Of a stretch of 64,000 nt of DNA, positions 51,731-64,000 are shown piece by piece (positions within the stretch are counted from its first letter, which is position 1; the number at the start of each line of letters is the position of its first letter). Origin of the DNA: Oikopleura dioica (lineage: Eukaryota > Animalia > Chordata); the NCBI GenBank assembly GCA_907165135.1, contig OU015568.1, positions 3,038,001 through 3,102,000 on the forward strand, given 5' to 3'. Position numbers and translations under genes: made by a program. Under the pieces are notes generated by a model. It saw nothing but the letters and a program-made list of their open reading frames with translations. It had not been told where the DNA came from and did not search any database.

Positions 51731-54700
51731 TTAAAGAGGAGGGGCTCCATTTGGCCAGGTAAGGGTGATTTCTGGATGTCTGAGTCTGAAAGAAAGGGTT
51801 AAGGGATAGATAAAGGAAGGAATACTGTACCTTTCTAGAGGACAATTCCTCGGGTCTTCACTTTGGCAGTGTACAAGTGAGTAAAGGAAGGTAAGAAACG
51901 GTAAAGCGTATGCATAAGTTGGATAGCTCAAAATCATGGAATAGAAAAGCAGCTTGGCTTTCGAGCGGCGCTGGAATTGAGATTCAGTCGAAAGCGGCGC
52001 TTCTTGCTCGCTCGTGTCATCTTTTAGGATTTCTGCGTCTTCGGGAGAGGCGTTGTCGGGCTCGCATTCTAGCTCGAAATTAAATAGTGGCGATTCTTCT
52101 TGCGCGTTTTCTGAGGTATAAAGTGGGTCAGCAGGGGCAAGGACAAGCTCAGGAATATCTTCCTCGATCTCCTAAGAGCAATTTTGAGTTAAACTCTCTT
52201 CAGGAAAAAGTTACCTCGGTGTGATTGTTATTGTGTTCTTCAATTTTTCTTTCAGTGTATTCAAGTTCTTTGTCGCAAATTGTCTTCACAATTCTCAGCG
52301 TGTCAAATCCATCGTAAACTGCTTCTTTCTCCTGGGGACCCGTTTTCTTTGGAGTTGAGGATCGAATTGGCTCGCTAGAATCGACAGACTCGCTCGTTTT
52401 GTCGATTGGGGAGTCGTCGACCTTTTCAACAGCGTGCAACTCGGAAATGATCTCCTCCAAATTTGAGACTCTCGATCTCAATGATTGAAGCTCATCGGCT
52501 AATTCGACGATTTCTCCAGAATCGTACTGATCTTGTGTTTTCTTGTGTAGCTCTCCGACAAGTTCTTCAGCTCGGCAGATGACATTCTCATACTCTTTCG
52601 ACTTTTTGATCTTCGTTTCGATCTTGAGTTTCCAAACTTCGATTCCTTTCGTGAAATCTCTCCACTGAACGTTAAGATTTTCCACTTTCGACTTCAGCTC
52701 TTCGTCCCAGAAAGATTCGCAATCGCCATTGGCGGATTTCTTGACCAGACTCTCCATCATCGGTTTTTGCTCTTTTGTATCGAGCGCCAAAGTCTTCAGC
52801 TTTGAGATTTCTTGTTGGAACTTTCTGAAAGTCTTTTCTGAGTCAGTTACATTCAGGCTTTCTTCTGCCCTTGATGAGTTTTTATCTCCACCGTGCATGA
52901 GCTCTAGAAGATTGTGCTCTTTCAGCCACGCTAGAAATGATTGTCAAGCCTGTTAGACGAGTAACTATTCTTACAGATAGCGAGATTGACGTCAGTAAGA
53001 AGCATTTCCGCCTTTTCGAACTTTTCTCTGAGACGATTTGATCGCTGCGAAGCCCCGACTCGAACTTCTTCCCACTTGTTGATAAGTGCTTGTGCTGAAA
53101 ACAAGCTAAGGAATCTCGTAAAGAAAAGGTCAACCAACCTTGATCTTTCCAAGACGCATCGAGAATCGACGGGTAGAGAAGCTGCTTATGCACTTTTTCG
53201 ATACTTTCGTCGGCTTTATCCACGATTTGCTCCTGAAAAAGGGTTGAACGGAGTCAAATAATGAAGAGTCATCATACATAATCATTTGTAAATCCATCAA
53301 GCTTCGAAAAAACGGGCGTTTCGCATCTGTTGAGATATTCGACTTGATCGACTTTCGTTCTGCCATCATCAATGAGTTTCTCTAGCGGCGCTGCAGCAGT
53401 TTCTAGCGGCGATATGACTGGAATCGGGGCTTCTTCGTCCTCTACGTGAGAATCTTCCAGGTCTCTGAAATCCGTTAGACCAATTTGGAAAGCCGAAAGA
53501 AGCTACCTGAGCATATCCGAATCGTCCCATTCAAAGCCATCTCGCTCTTCATCATCTGACGATTTCAGGACAATCGCTCTTGGTGGCCGAGTTCGTCGAA
53601 TTTCAGTGGAGCCAGTACTTGATCTGGCACTGTGTTTTTTGGCAGCAGGGGTGGAGGTGTAAAGAGGAGGGTGTTCGAATGCGGAGATATCTTCTTCATC
53701 TGACGCTGGTGGCTGAAGAATTTGATGAGAAGGGAAAAATTTGAGTAGAAAGAAATTTTGAAAATTTTGTAAAAAATACCGTAAATTCATCAATAGCCGT
53801 TAGAGAGTATCGATTCATCAAAATCTCTTTCGATCAGGACGTGTGCCCGTAATTGCGCTCTTCTGACTCAACTCTTGAAACAAACCCTTGATCAAGCTCA
53901 AGTTGCTTCGATCAGCAACTGTTTCAGTTGGAGCGCATTCAAGAGCGCTTCATTTTCGCACCCAGGGCCGCGATAAAAATAGAACACGCAAAATCGCTAC
54001 GAAAAAGCAAATATTAGAGCATAAGGCGAAAATTCGGAGGTCAGAGTTTGCTTTCTCTGCCAGATTTTTAACCAATTTTTATCAGCTGTTGAGAAGGGTT
54101 GAAAAAGTCAGGCAAGTGCAAGGAACAAGGGCAACGAGAAGGGAGAGAGCCCCGAGGGCGAGGGGGAGGGGCAGAAAAAGAAGGATGAGTAGCAGGTGCG
54201 AAAATCGATCAAGAAAAGAAGGTTTTGGAGAATTTAACCCGATACATTTTCTTGGCATCTAAAATCTTTGCTAATCAAAATTAAGGGTATTACTACTCGA
54301 AAGGTCCAAAAGAACTTGTTTTGATGCATTAGTTCGAACTTCGAACTTCGAAGCCTATTCAGACCCATATATGTTAACATTCAAAATGTGGAGCAAAGAA
54401 GAATGGTAGTAACTTTTTTATGACAAAAAAAAAGAGGTCATGAAAATTCGTTGTCTCACTCACCTTGATCAAACGCGAGACGGTTTCCATAATCCCTTCG
54501 CTCAGCGTCTGCAGATTCTCCATTTGCTCTCTAACTTCCATCTTTTCCTCGTCGTCGACGAAACCAATCACTTCTCCGGCCAGAATGCGCAGCTCTTCAA
54601 GGCCGGCTTTTCTGTGACTGGTTAAGCTTGTGTTCAAACTGTACATTTTTAAAGCCAAAAAAGGGCAAATCACAAACGCATTTTTTTCTTTCGGAAACGC

Positions 54701-56140
54701 AGAACAATTGTTTAATTAGCCATTTAACCCCGGGATGCGCAATCGCCAATTTTGCTATTCATGCTTTTTCTCTCGTTTTCTATGATTCGAGCTCTGTTTT
54801 TTCAATGCTACAGCTCTCAAGTGGGGATTTGTTGTAAACCCAAAACAAGGGCCTCAAACTTAACCGGAGCTTGGAATTTTTTAAAAGAAACAACAAGATA
54901 AAACTGGCCCGGGGTGAATTTTTCCGGCTGAATGGGGACTGCTTGCTTCGTGAATAAGTTTATAAGGTGGTCGCATTGAGAAATTGAAACGAATATGATA
55001 AATACCTTTTGAATTTAAAGACTGTTAAAATATTTCCTGGGAGTAGAAGAGATCCGTGGAAAAAATTTACAAAAAGAAGCTAAATCCCTGAAACAGAGAA
55101 GCGTAAACGCTCGGGACCAATACCGAGTAAATGAATGACTTAAGAAATGGGATCAAAAAAAGAAGAGTGTGTTAAATTATTTTGAAAATCACTGCGCTAG
55201 TATGAATATTAATATTACTGTATTCAATAACTTGAACTCATGTTTGAGAGTCCTTTAAATAAAATGAATCGTGACCAATCATATCAATTACGTCTAAATG
55301 ATCTTGTTAAGGTCCTCAGAATGTATCAAGGATTCTCATTTTTCCTGATCTAAAAATTCCTTGAATAAATGCTCAACCATTCCTTGATAAAAACTCTTTC
55401 GTCAATGTCTCCACAGTCTTCTCTAGCTTTTCTCTTTCCGTCATTCTCGCATGGTGCAGGATATCCAAGTCAACTTCAGTCAACCATTTGAGATGGTGAA
55501 AGTATTTCCTGTCGAATTTCTGGAACAGGTCCCATTTGTCCTTCATCGTCATCACAATTTTTTGAGCATCGAGAAGTTCGAGTTCGACGGTTTCGATGAT
55601 TTCCGGCTCATGGCTCTTGAAGAGGCGGATTGAGTCGACTTGAGATTCGATGTTGTCGAGGGAGATTTTCAACGACTAAAGGACTCAAGGAAGAAGTCAA
55701 TCGAGAAAGTGGTACCTGATATTTTTCTTTGACAAATGCCTTGGATAAAACCTTCTTTCTCAACATTTTGATCTTCTCTAGCTCTCCTAGTACATGCGTC
55801 TGAAAACGACTGTAAATGCGTGTTTTTATATTTCTCGGTCGATATCACGCGCCATGGGCAGCTTTTTAAATCCCGCGCCGAGTTTTTAGGCCATCTGATA
55901 GGCCAAGAGCAACCTTTTCAGGTCAGCCCCGTTCGAACCACTTACCAAGATGCAATCAAAGTTGAGATCGGAGTCGCTTCGCTGGGAAGATCGCATGAAC
56001 TCGACATTTTCCGAAATCGCTGCGACTTGATCTCTAAGTTCTCTAGAACTTGCCGTAAAACTTCCTGCCAGATCGCGGATTGAACTCAGGAGCTTTTCTT
56101 GGTTTTCCTCCTTGATTTCCTTCTCTTTCAAAATCTCCAT
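51731..56140 (-). CDS. Short nesprin-like KASH-domain protein (spectrin-repeat-like helices, W-acidic motif, TM plus KASH tail)
   Basis: C-terminus TM...EDPRNCPLER|LRHPEITLTWPNGAPPL* matches KASH (human nesprin-1 ends RYTNGPPPL). FEWDD at 53521-53535. Helical exons at 52200-52898, 54374-54673 and 55373-55672. Confidence 0.8.
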
Positions 56141-57737
56141 GAAAAAAATCTACTCTTCAGCCTTTTTTCTCCGCTCACGAGATGGTCACCCGCTGGGCTG
56201 GCCTTATCAATGACCAGATGCCCAATTACTGTACTCTCTAATCGCTTTTAGCACGGGCATTTTTTTCTTTCTCTGACCCGCCGCCCAGTGTGAAAAAACG
56301 CTGTTATTTTTTTAAAAGAGGCTTTTGTTTTTGTACTCTGACTCTACCACCACAAAAAAAGATAAAACGGACCGCTGGGAGTCAGAAATCAATCAACGTC
56401 TCTCGAGGATGGTGGATTACGATGTCATTATCGATCAAATTGCGACTAATTAGATCATCCTCTACTCAGCCCTAAAGTTATTTGTCCACTTGCCAAAGAA
56501 TTTTTTCTTTGAATTTCTTAACAGAGCAGCTTTATAACGGGAGAAAGTGAATTATTGATTAGTATTTGATTTTATTTGAATAAAAACGAAGGTGGGAGAA
56601 AACCAATGCCTGAGTGTTCTGTAAGATGGAATCGTCGGAGATGCTTGAGAGATTGCTTTGAAAGAGTTTTCAAAAGTGTTTCACAATTTATTTCAAGGAA
56701 AATATGACCGACCCATTAATTTTGGTTCAGTTTTCTCTGCGTGAAACGGGTTCCAATATAAGCAAGGGACTCAAGTCCTCTTCACTCTCTCTATATGACT
56801 GTAGTCAGTAGCATATGCTAAAATGAGACTTTATTTAAGTAAAAATAGTTTGGTTTCATTTGAAGGAATCAAGTATTTTACAAAAGAGTGCAAAAATGAA
56901 GCCGAAAGTCAAAATATCGCAAAGAGATTACTGTCTTCTTCTGTACTGAATGACTCAGCCTTTTCAATAAATATAAAGACAAGACTCAATCCTTGTTTCA
57001 AGCTTTTCTTCAACCCTAAGGTCACCCAACTCTAATGGCAAATCTTCGGCATTCTCAAGCTCTTCTTTTGAGAAAATCTCTGTCATAATTACAAAATCGG
57101 ACAAAAAAGTCAAATTGATCTTTCTGGCTGGACAGGTCTGAATCCTTCAAAACACTTATTTCTTTAGGGAGGGTAATAAAATTGGAGTATTAGACTCAAA
57201 TGATGCGACCGTTAGTTGTTTCAATTTTATCACATCGAGCCCCTCTCCCAGAGAGACCCAGCTCTCTTCAAATTTGTGTCGAGCTGGCTTTGACATTTTT
57301 ACATGACGAGTACATGTGATACTCGCTCAGAGGGATGGTCGACCTACTTTTTCACCTTGGCAAAAGAGCTGTTTATTATTATGACTTTGAAGTATAAAAA
57401 CTTATAAAAAACTAAAGCGCCGAAAGCAGGAAAAATATGTGACCTTCAAAAAGGAACAAAAAAAAAGACCCAGGTGTCCAGCTGTCATCCTAGCAATGGC
57501 CGTAACTCTCGTAAACGAGCAAGATTTCGTGGATTTTTCGCAGAAAAGTATTTTGATCGCAGAGATCTATCGCTATTGCTATGAAAAAAGAAAAAAATCG
57601 GCTTGAAAATACGATTTTCAAAACCAAAATCAGGGTAATTCAAGGATAATATTAATAAACATAGTCTGCTCTAGAGTCAAAGATTAATGATAAAAATAAA
57701 TTTCGAATAGTGTCTTGACTGCGACTGCATTGGTTTT

Positions 57738-58687
57738 TTGAGAAAACGAGGAAATAAGGTTTATCTCTTTCCCGAAGAAGTCTTGACAACTCGAAGCATT
57801 CATACTCAAGAACGCGATTTGAAAAAGAAGAAAACATGGAAGAAAAAAATAACAGCGAAAATAAGCCTCGCAAAGCATGGAAACGCTACAGATCCTCAGC
57901 AGTACACTTATCTCACACTTGGGACTCTTTTTTGGGTCACAGTTATGCTCATAGGTAACGCTGAGAATTTTTGATAGAATTTTTTGAAAGACCAGCGAAT
58001 CTCGCATCTCTGGAGAAATCTCGCGGCGTCACAACGTTTCTGACTTCCACATGTCATCGAAATTACAAGAAGTGCGTTCAAATCGCGACAATGGATTATT
58101 GCGGGCATTTGATGAAGCAATGCTTTGAGACGAAAAAATTCATTGTCCCTGAACCAGTGTCGAAAATCGAGCACGCCAAAGGCACAGCCATCGTATTCTC
58201 CGAAGAAGACAACCAACTGAATCTCCATCGATGCCAAAAGAAACAGTTTTACGATCAAAATATCTGCCGACATCTTTGCTCGACAACGCTGGTTTTGGAA
58301 TCAACGAGGACTAAACCAATCTCGCCCTGTGAATCAATGTGCTTCGAATTGACGAAATCCTCGGACTCAGCTGGTCAAGTCTGTCCAAGCCAGAAATACT
58401 GTCGAGACGGATGTCCTTGTCCTTTTTATGAGTGTGAAAAATTCGAGCTTCGCCAGAAAATGATTCCAGTTTTTGATCTCAAGACAAACTCATCAGACTT
58501 TATCTCTGATCCTGTGAATACTAAAACAGATACCGGTCGAAATGTTGACCTTATAACTGCTCGATGGCACAAACGGCGAAAAACTGAACGAAAATTTCGG
58601 AAATTAATTTTCTCCGACTTCATTGGAAACACTAAAAATATTCAGATTTCCGATTCATTTTCTTCCTATGAACGTTTTTGCTTGTAA
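57738..58687 (+). CDS. Cys-rich, probably membrane-anchored, lineage-type protein
   Basis: TM YLTLGTLFWVTVMLI|EFFERP, then a 238-aa ORF with VCPSQKYCRDGCPCPFYEC, a CP...C..GCPC..Y.C module I associate with Oikopleura-expanded families (not searched). Confidence 0.55.
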
Positions 58688-59285
58688 AGTTGTTATTGGC
58701 TCAAAATTGCAAAAAAACGCATAAGTCGACCGGTGCAACTTTCCTAAATGGTGAGCACTACTTGGTCGATGCGCTCGGAAATTTGATGAGAGTGAGACTA
58801 GGGATCGAACGCAAATCATCACCGGGGAACCCAAAAAATTTTCTTCTGAGCTTATGAATGAAAAAATAGGTTTTGTGATGCAGGCTTTTCAAATATGAAA
58901 TTCAAATTTTTATAGTTATCGTAGTTTTTGAGTTATCACGCTTTGAAAATTAAAGAGAGAAGAAGAAAAGAGCCAATTAGAAGCGCGCAGCGCGGCGAAG
59001 CGTCACGCAAAGGGTGGCGCTCCGGGGCGAGAAGCTTTTGCCGCGACGCGTTTCGAGTTTTCACTGCGAGCGAGCCAGCGCTCTCACCAATAGAAAATTG
59101 TAAAAAGAAATTCACAGCGTGATTCGAACGCACGCGACCAGGGAGACCCAATCCTACCAAATGCCAACTGGGCCACTTGCTTTTGAGTGGATCGTTCATT
59201 TTGAATAGATAAATTTAGGCTACTTAGGTCAAGTCCAATTTAGAAGACTTGAACTGGTAAATGTCAGAGTAACCTAACCCTTCCA

Positions 59286-59340
59286 TCAGCTTTTTTCGAA
59301 AAATAAAATTTCGGAATTTAAAAATTTTGACCCCGGAAAT
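59286..59340 (+). repeat. Second copy of the subterminal sequence of the 8137 MITE family
   Basis: TCAGCTTTTTTCGAAAAAT(a/c)AAATTTCGGAATTT(a/t)AAAATTTTGACC..GAAAT is 51/55 identical to 8148-8202. Confidence 0.8.
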
Positions 59341-60029
59341 CGATTGGCCGGAAAAAATATAAATTTTCGGCCTTCGAACAGCCATAACTCACGTGATACT
59401 CTTTGAAACCAGATGATCCAAGTATCAATGGAAAGCTCAGATTCTGAGGATTGGGGGAAAGCAAAAATTTTTCCGAAAAATCGGTTTTTGCTGATTGCTG
59501 AAAATATTAATTTTCGTCATTCAGAATCGATTTTTTTCAAATTTCTTTTCTTTCCCCCAATTCTTAGAAGCTGAGCTTTCTAAAAATATATCAATCACGT
59601 GATTTCATCATCTGCCACGTGAGATATGGCAGTTCGTAGAAAATTCATGAAAATGGCCTCAGAATCGCCCCAGGCGATGAAAAAAGGTTTTTTCCAGGTG
59701 TTTTCTAGAGTTTAGACGATGACAAAAACGGTCAAGATAATGATTTATCCCCAAGATGAAATTTTTGTCAAAATTGAAAATTTATATTTTTTCCGACCAT
59801 TCTACATGGCTAGGACTGCCACATAAAAAATCGGCGATAGTAAGCCTCACAGAAATCGATTTTTCTAACCCTGCCACCGATAAGAGTTTGCTCTAAGCTC
59901 TTAAAAAAAGGTTTGTAAAAGGGTGTAAAAATCGATTTATAATCATTTTTTTCGGATTATTTGAAAATTCAATAAAAACCATAACAGAGCTTGAAATTGG
60001 GCTTATATTGATTTTTACATCAGATGGAG

Positions 60030-60068
60030 GTGGGCGGGGTTGGGGACGGAACTGAGAATGATCAACTC
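60030..60068 (+). promoter_or_regulatory. Array leader motif 2 (GC box plus TGAGA.TGATCA.CTC)
   Basis: GTGGGCGGGGTTGGGG...TGAGAATGATCAACTC; homologous to 15214-15251. Confidence 0.45.
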
Positions 60069-60086
60069 AGATTTCCCGGCCTTTGT

Positions 60087-61949
60087 CAAGCCCCTTAAAT
60101 TTAAAAATCATGGAACGGGGCTGAGACGGCCCGAAGGGCCGTCAAGCCCCTTAAATTTAAAAATCATGGAACGGGGCTGAGACGGCCCGAAGGGCCGTCA
60201 AGCCCCTTAAATTTAAAAATCATGGAACGGGGCTGAGACGGCCCGAAGGGCCGTCAAGCCCTTAAATTTAAAAATCATGGAACGGGGCTGAGACGGCCCG
60301 AAGGGCCGTCAAGCCCTTAAATTTAAAAATCATGGAACGGGGCTGAGACGGCCCGAAGGGCCGTCAAGCCCTTAAATTTAAAAATCATGGAACGGGGCTG
60401 AGACGGCCCGAAGGGCCGTCAAGCCCTTAAATTTAAAAATCATGGAACGGGGCTGAGACGGCCCGAAGGGCCGTCAAGCCCCTTAAATTTAAAAATCATG
60501 GAACGGGGCTGAGACGGCCCGAAGGGCCGTCAAGCCCCTTAAATTTAAAAATCATGGAACGGGGCTGAGACGGCCCGAAGGGCCGTCAAGCCCTTAAATT
60601 TAAAAATCATGGAACGGGGCTGAGACGGCCCGAAGGGCCGTCAAGCCCTTAAATTTAAAATCATGGAACGGGGCTGAGACGGCCCGAAGGGCCGTAAGCC
60701 CCTTAAATTTAAAAATCATGGAACGGGGCTGAGACGGCCCGAAGGGCCGTCAAGCCCCTAAAATTTAAAAATCATGGAACGGGGCTGAGACGGCCCGAAG
60801 GGCCGTCAAGCCCCTTAAATTTAAAAATCATGGAACGGGGCTGAGACGGCCCGAAGGGCCGTCAAGCCCTTAAATTTAAAAATCATGGAACGGGGCTGAG
60901 ACGGCCCGAAGGGCCGTCAAGCCCCTTAAATTTAAAAATCATGGAACGGGGCTGAGACGGCCCGAAGGGCCGTCAAGCCCCTTAAATTTAAAAATCATGG
61001 AACGGGGCTGAGACGGCCCGAAGGGCCGTCAAGCCCCTTAAATTTAAAAATCATGGAACGGGGCTGAGACGGCCCGAAGGGCCGTCAAGCCCCTTAAATT
61101 TAAAAATCATGGAACGGGGCTGAGACGGCCCGAAGGGCCGTCAAGCCCTTAAATTTAAAAATCATGGAACGGGGCTGAGACGGCCCGAAGGGCCGTCAAG
61201 CCCTTAAATTTAAAAATCATGGAACGGGGCTGAGACGGCCCGAAGGGCCGTCAAGCCCTTAAATTTAAAAATCATGGAACGGGGCTGAGACGGCCCGAAG
61301 GGCCGTCAAGCCCCTTAAATTTAAAAATCATGGAACGGGGCTGAGACGGCCCGAAGGGCCGTCAAGCCCCTTAAATTTAAAATCATGGAACGGGGCTGAG
61401 ACGGCCCGAAGGGCCGTAAGCCCCTTAAATTTAAAAATCATGGAACGGGGCTGAGACGGCCCGAAGGGCCGTCAAGCCCCTAAAATTTAAAAATCATGGA
61501 ACGGGGCTGAGACGGCCCGAAGGGCCGTCAAGCCCCTTAAATTTAAAAATCATGGAACGGGGCTGAGACGGCCCGAAGGGCCGTCAAGCCCTTAAATTTA
61601 AAAATCATGGAACGGGGCTGAGACGGCCCGAAGGGCCGTCAAGCCCCTTAAATTTAAAAATCATGGAACGGGGCTGAGACGGCCCGAAGGGCCGTCAAGC
61701 CCTTAAATTTAAAAATCATGGAACGGGGCTGAGACGGCCCGAAGGGCCGTCAAGCCCCTTAAATTTAAAAATCATGGAACGGGGCTGAGACGGCCCGAAG
61801 GGCCGTCAAGCCCTTAAATTTAAAAATCATGGAACGGGGCTGAGACGGCCCGAAGGGCCGTCAAGCCCCTTAAATTTAAAAATCATGGAACGGGGCTGAG
61901 ACGGCCCGAAGGGCCGTCAAGCCCCTTAAATTTTAAAATCATGGAACGG
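60087..61949 (+). repeat. Tandem array 2: about 33 copies of a 55-56 bp unit with the same hairpin core as array 1
   Basis: Unit CAAGCCC(C)TTAAATTTAAAAATCATGGAACGGGGCTGAGACGGCCCGAAGGGCCGT; units differ mostly in C3/C4. Confidence 0.99.
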
Positions 61950-62657
61950 AAAATACTAGGCCCCCGCCAAAAACACCTCCTGACGTAGCAGCACGAGCAA
62001 TTTTTTGACTCAACCCAGCTTCTTTTTTGGGTGTCCCAAACGATCGGGTCCGGGAGTCTCAAGTTAAGTTTTTAAAAAAATAGCTGGGGACAGCCTTAAA
62101 AATAAATAAACCATTAACCATGCCAGATCTAGACTCAGAAAATTGCCAATAAGTGTGAATCTGCGGGACAAATTCGTAAAAACCGTGGGTTTTGGAGGTG
62201 GTTCAATCATGTCAGCTTAGGGGCCTAAGCTAGCTAGACTAGCTAAGCTGAGGGCATAAAAAATTTCTCCTAAGCTTGCTAAGTTGTGAGCTAACCAGAT
62301 TTAGAACTCTGCCTGAGGTGCATGTGTTGTTTTCGCTATGCACCTCAGCAGGTGCATGCAGTTACTCTCAAAAAAAGCCAAGTACCTGGAGTGGTCGAAA
62401 TCCAATATAAAGAACCCTTAAACTCAAAGGCACTTCGGTAAAAGCCAACTTTTGCCTCAGGAGGTGTACCCTGGCGGGGTAAGGTTAATGAATAAGCGAA
62501 TGGCAAGATAGGGAGCTGATTCTACCAGTTCATTTGAAAACGAGCTTTCAAATAAGCGCTTGATCAGCCTTTTACCAATATAAAGTAGATACGAGTTAAA
62601 GTTCGGGAAATGGGGGGATCCCTGTAATTTAATAATCATCGAACGAGACTCTTCCAT

Positions 62658-62735
62658 GTGTACATAGCCTAGTGGTCAATAGATGGGTCAGGGTCTAATC
62701 GGTGCGGCGGGTTCGAATCCCGGCGCTCAACTTTT
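62658..62735 (+). pseudogene. Degenerate tRNA or tRNA-derived SINE head
   Basis: A box TAGCCTAGTGG, B box GGTTCGAATCCC and a T run after it, but the acceptor stem pairs poorly and no anticodon arm is assignable. Confidence 0.45.
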
Positions 62736-64000
62736 GATTTTTTCGTGCGGCTCTCTCTAGCGCCTTCGCGCATTGACGCGGGCTATGCGCTTTTGCCGCC
62801 GCTTTATGAGTCATTCTTCAGAAGTACAAAAAGGCAAGCGCAAGTACGCGTTGCCGATTTTGAGTGTTTTCTTTACAGAAAACTCTTTTTAATCCATAAT
62901 ACATCTACTGTTAGCAACGCGTGATTGCGCGTCAACAGGAAGGCTGTTTTTCGACAGTATCCGGAGAACCGGAAGTGATAAAGGAATTTCATTAAGTAAT
63001 TTGAAATCAGCATGTCCGAATTACTATTCAAAATTTTAATATAAGAGACATATCAGTATTTTAAAAAATGGCTGTTTTGATTTGCGTTCGATCCCTAAGT
63101 GAGACAAGCGAATGATGATTCGATTTTCATACCAAATAGACATCAGAGAATGTAAGCAAGTTTTCGTTTAATCCATTTTATGCACTCATTAGAGGATTCT
63201 TCGTGTTTCACTATGGGTCATCTATTGGAACACATCATATAGAGATTCGTCTGAAAGAGAAAGACACCAAGACGTTTCCAGTCGTCGTGATTTGAAACGG
63301 GTCTTAAGTTTAGAGTCTAAACTTTAGACCGTCTAAACACGCTCTTTGAAAATAATACCCATTTTCTTGAGTTACTTTAAGGATATAGCCGTTCTCAAGG
63401 CACTTTTGTAGCGCCGAAATGGGACGATAAAATTTTTTCATTTCAAGACAGTTCCTACCTAAAATCGTCTGTAGAATTCAAATCTGATGTTTTTCAAAAT
63501 TTTTTTTCAGGAAAATTTCTCTCTAGAGCGATTTGAAATCTTACGATCACTTTTTCTCGAAAATTTTCCATTAAATCGCTAAAACTAAACCGTGTATTAT
63601 AATAAGAAACTATCAATCTAGCTTCTTAGGGCTTCAAAATTTCAAAACTCGACCAAATTTATATTCTAGCGCCTTCTTCTATTCAATCTCTTCTTCTTTC
63701 TCGTTGATGATTCGCTCGCGCGCGACCAATCAGCGCAAAACAGCCCGCCATGATTCTCAAGAAGACCCGACCCTCAACCTCAATCATTTTCCATCTGATT
63801 CATATTCCACTGTAGTATCTTTCCTTCGGCCAATAAACAAACTTTCGGAAAATCCGACGAATGATTGAAGAACAGACAAATTGTCTTGATTCTTTCTTGA
63901 ATAAAAGCTTGTCAATCTGATACTTTCACTCAGTATTGAGAAACAATGAGTACTAAAAGCAGTGTTGCAAATTTTTCAATATCATAAGCATGGCAAAGAA

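Larger units (their letters stand above)
59278..62095. mobile_element. Tentative ~2.8-kb non-autonomous element (or nested composite) enclosing array 2
   Basis: Left end taa|CCCTTCCATCAGCTTTTTT and right end AAAAAAATAGCTGGGGACAGCC|ttaa share only an inverted CAGCT(A)TTTTTT core. Internal 30-bp inverted repeat at 59432-59461 / 59550-59579. Boundaries are uncertain. Confidence 0.35.

Noticed and set aside
60087-61949. Hammerhead ribozyme / retrozyme satellite (CUGAGA followed by a hairpin)
   Set aside because: The core would need CUGANGA and GAAA after stem II. The unit has CUGAGA (one nt short) and UCAA, and the minus strand also fails. An unknown ribozyme class cannot be excluded without an assay.
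61921-61965. Helitron 3' end (hairpin plus CTAG)
   Set aside because: The CTAG lies about 30 nt after the last hairpin rather than about 10, array 1 has no equivalent, and no 5' TC end was identified.

Overview
A gene-dense eukaryotic window. Introns of about 38-60 nt, several GA-AG introns, operon-like gene pairs with acceptor-like sites just before the ATG, and lineage-type Cys-rich and PLA2-like genes point to the appendicularian tunicate Oikopleura (probably O. dioica; inferred, not searched). Recognisable genes: an arylsulfatase, an XK-related protein, COG4, SmE, an HS2ST/UST-like sulfotransferase, a type IV collagen chain, COX4, AAR2, a C-type-lectin membrane protein, a RING protein, a PLA2-like pseudoenzyme, PLSCR, MBTPS2, a GAL3ST-like sulfotransferase and a short nesprin-like KASH protein. 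The most unusual feature is a pair of tandem arrays 45 kb apart (15280-16931 and 60087-61949). Both have a 55-56 bp unit with an identical 33-nt GC-rich hairpin core and a diverged AT-rich linker, and both follow a shared GC-box/TGATCA leader. Array 1 lies in a 2.7-kb TIR element inserted into a formerly ~40-nt intron; array 2 appears to lie in a carrier with different ends. Also notable: the collagen IV NC1 lacks the Met93 needed for the sulfilimine crosslink while its helix is Cys-rich, and a short AGCCGC..GCGGCT palindrome is dispersed through the window. Gene models were spliced by hand, so some gene ends are approximate.
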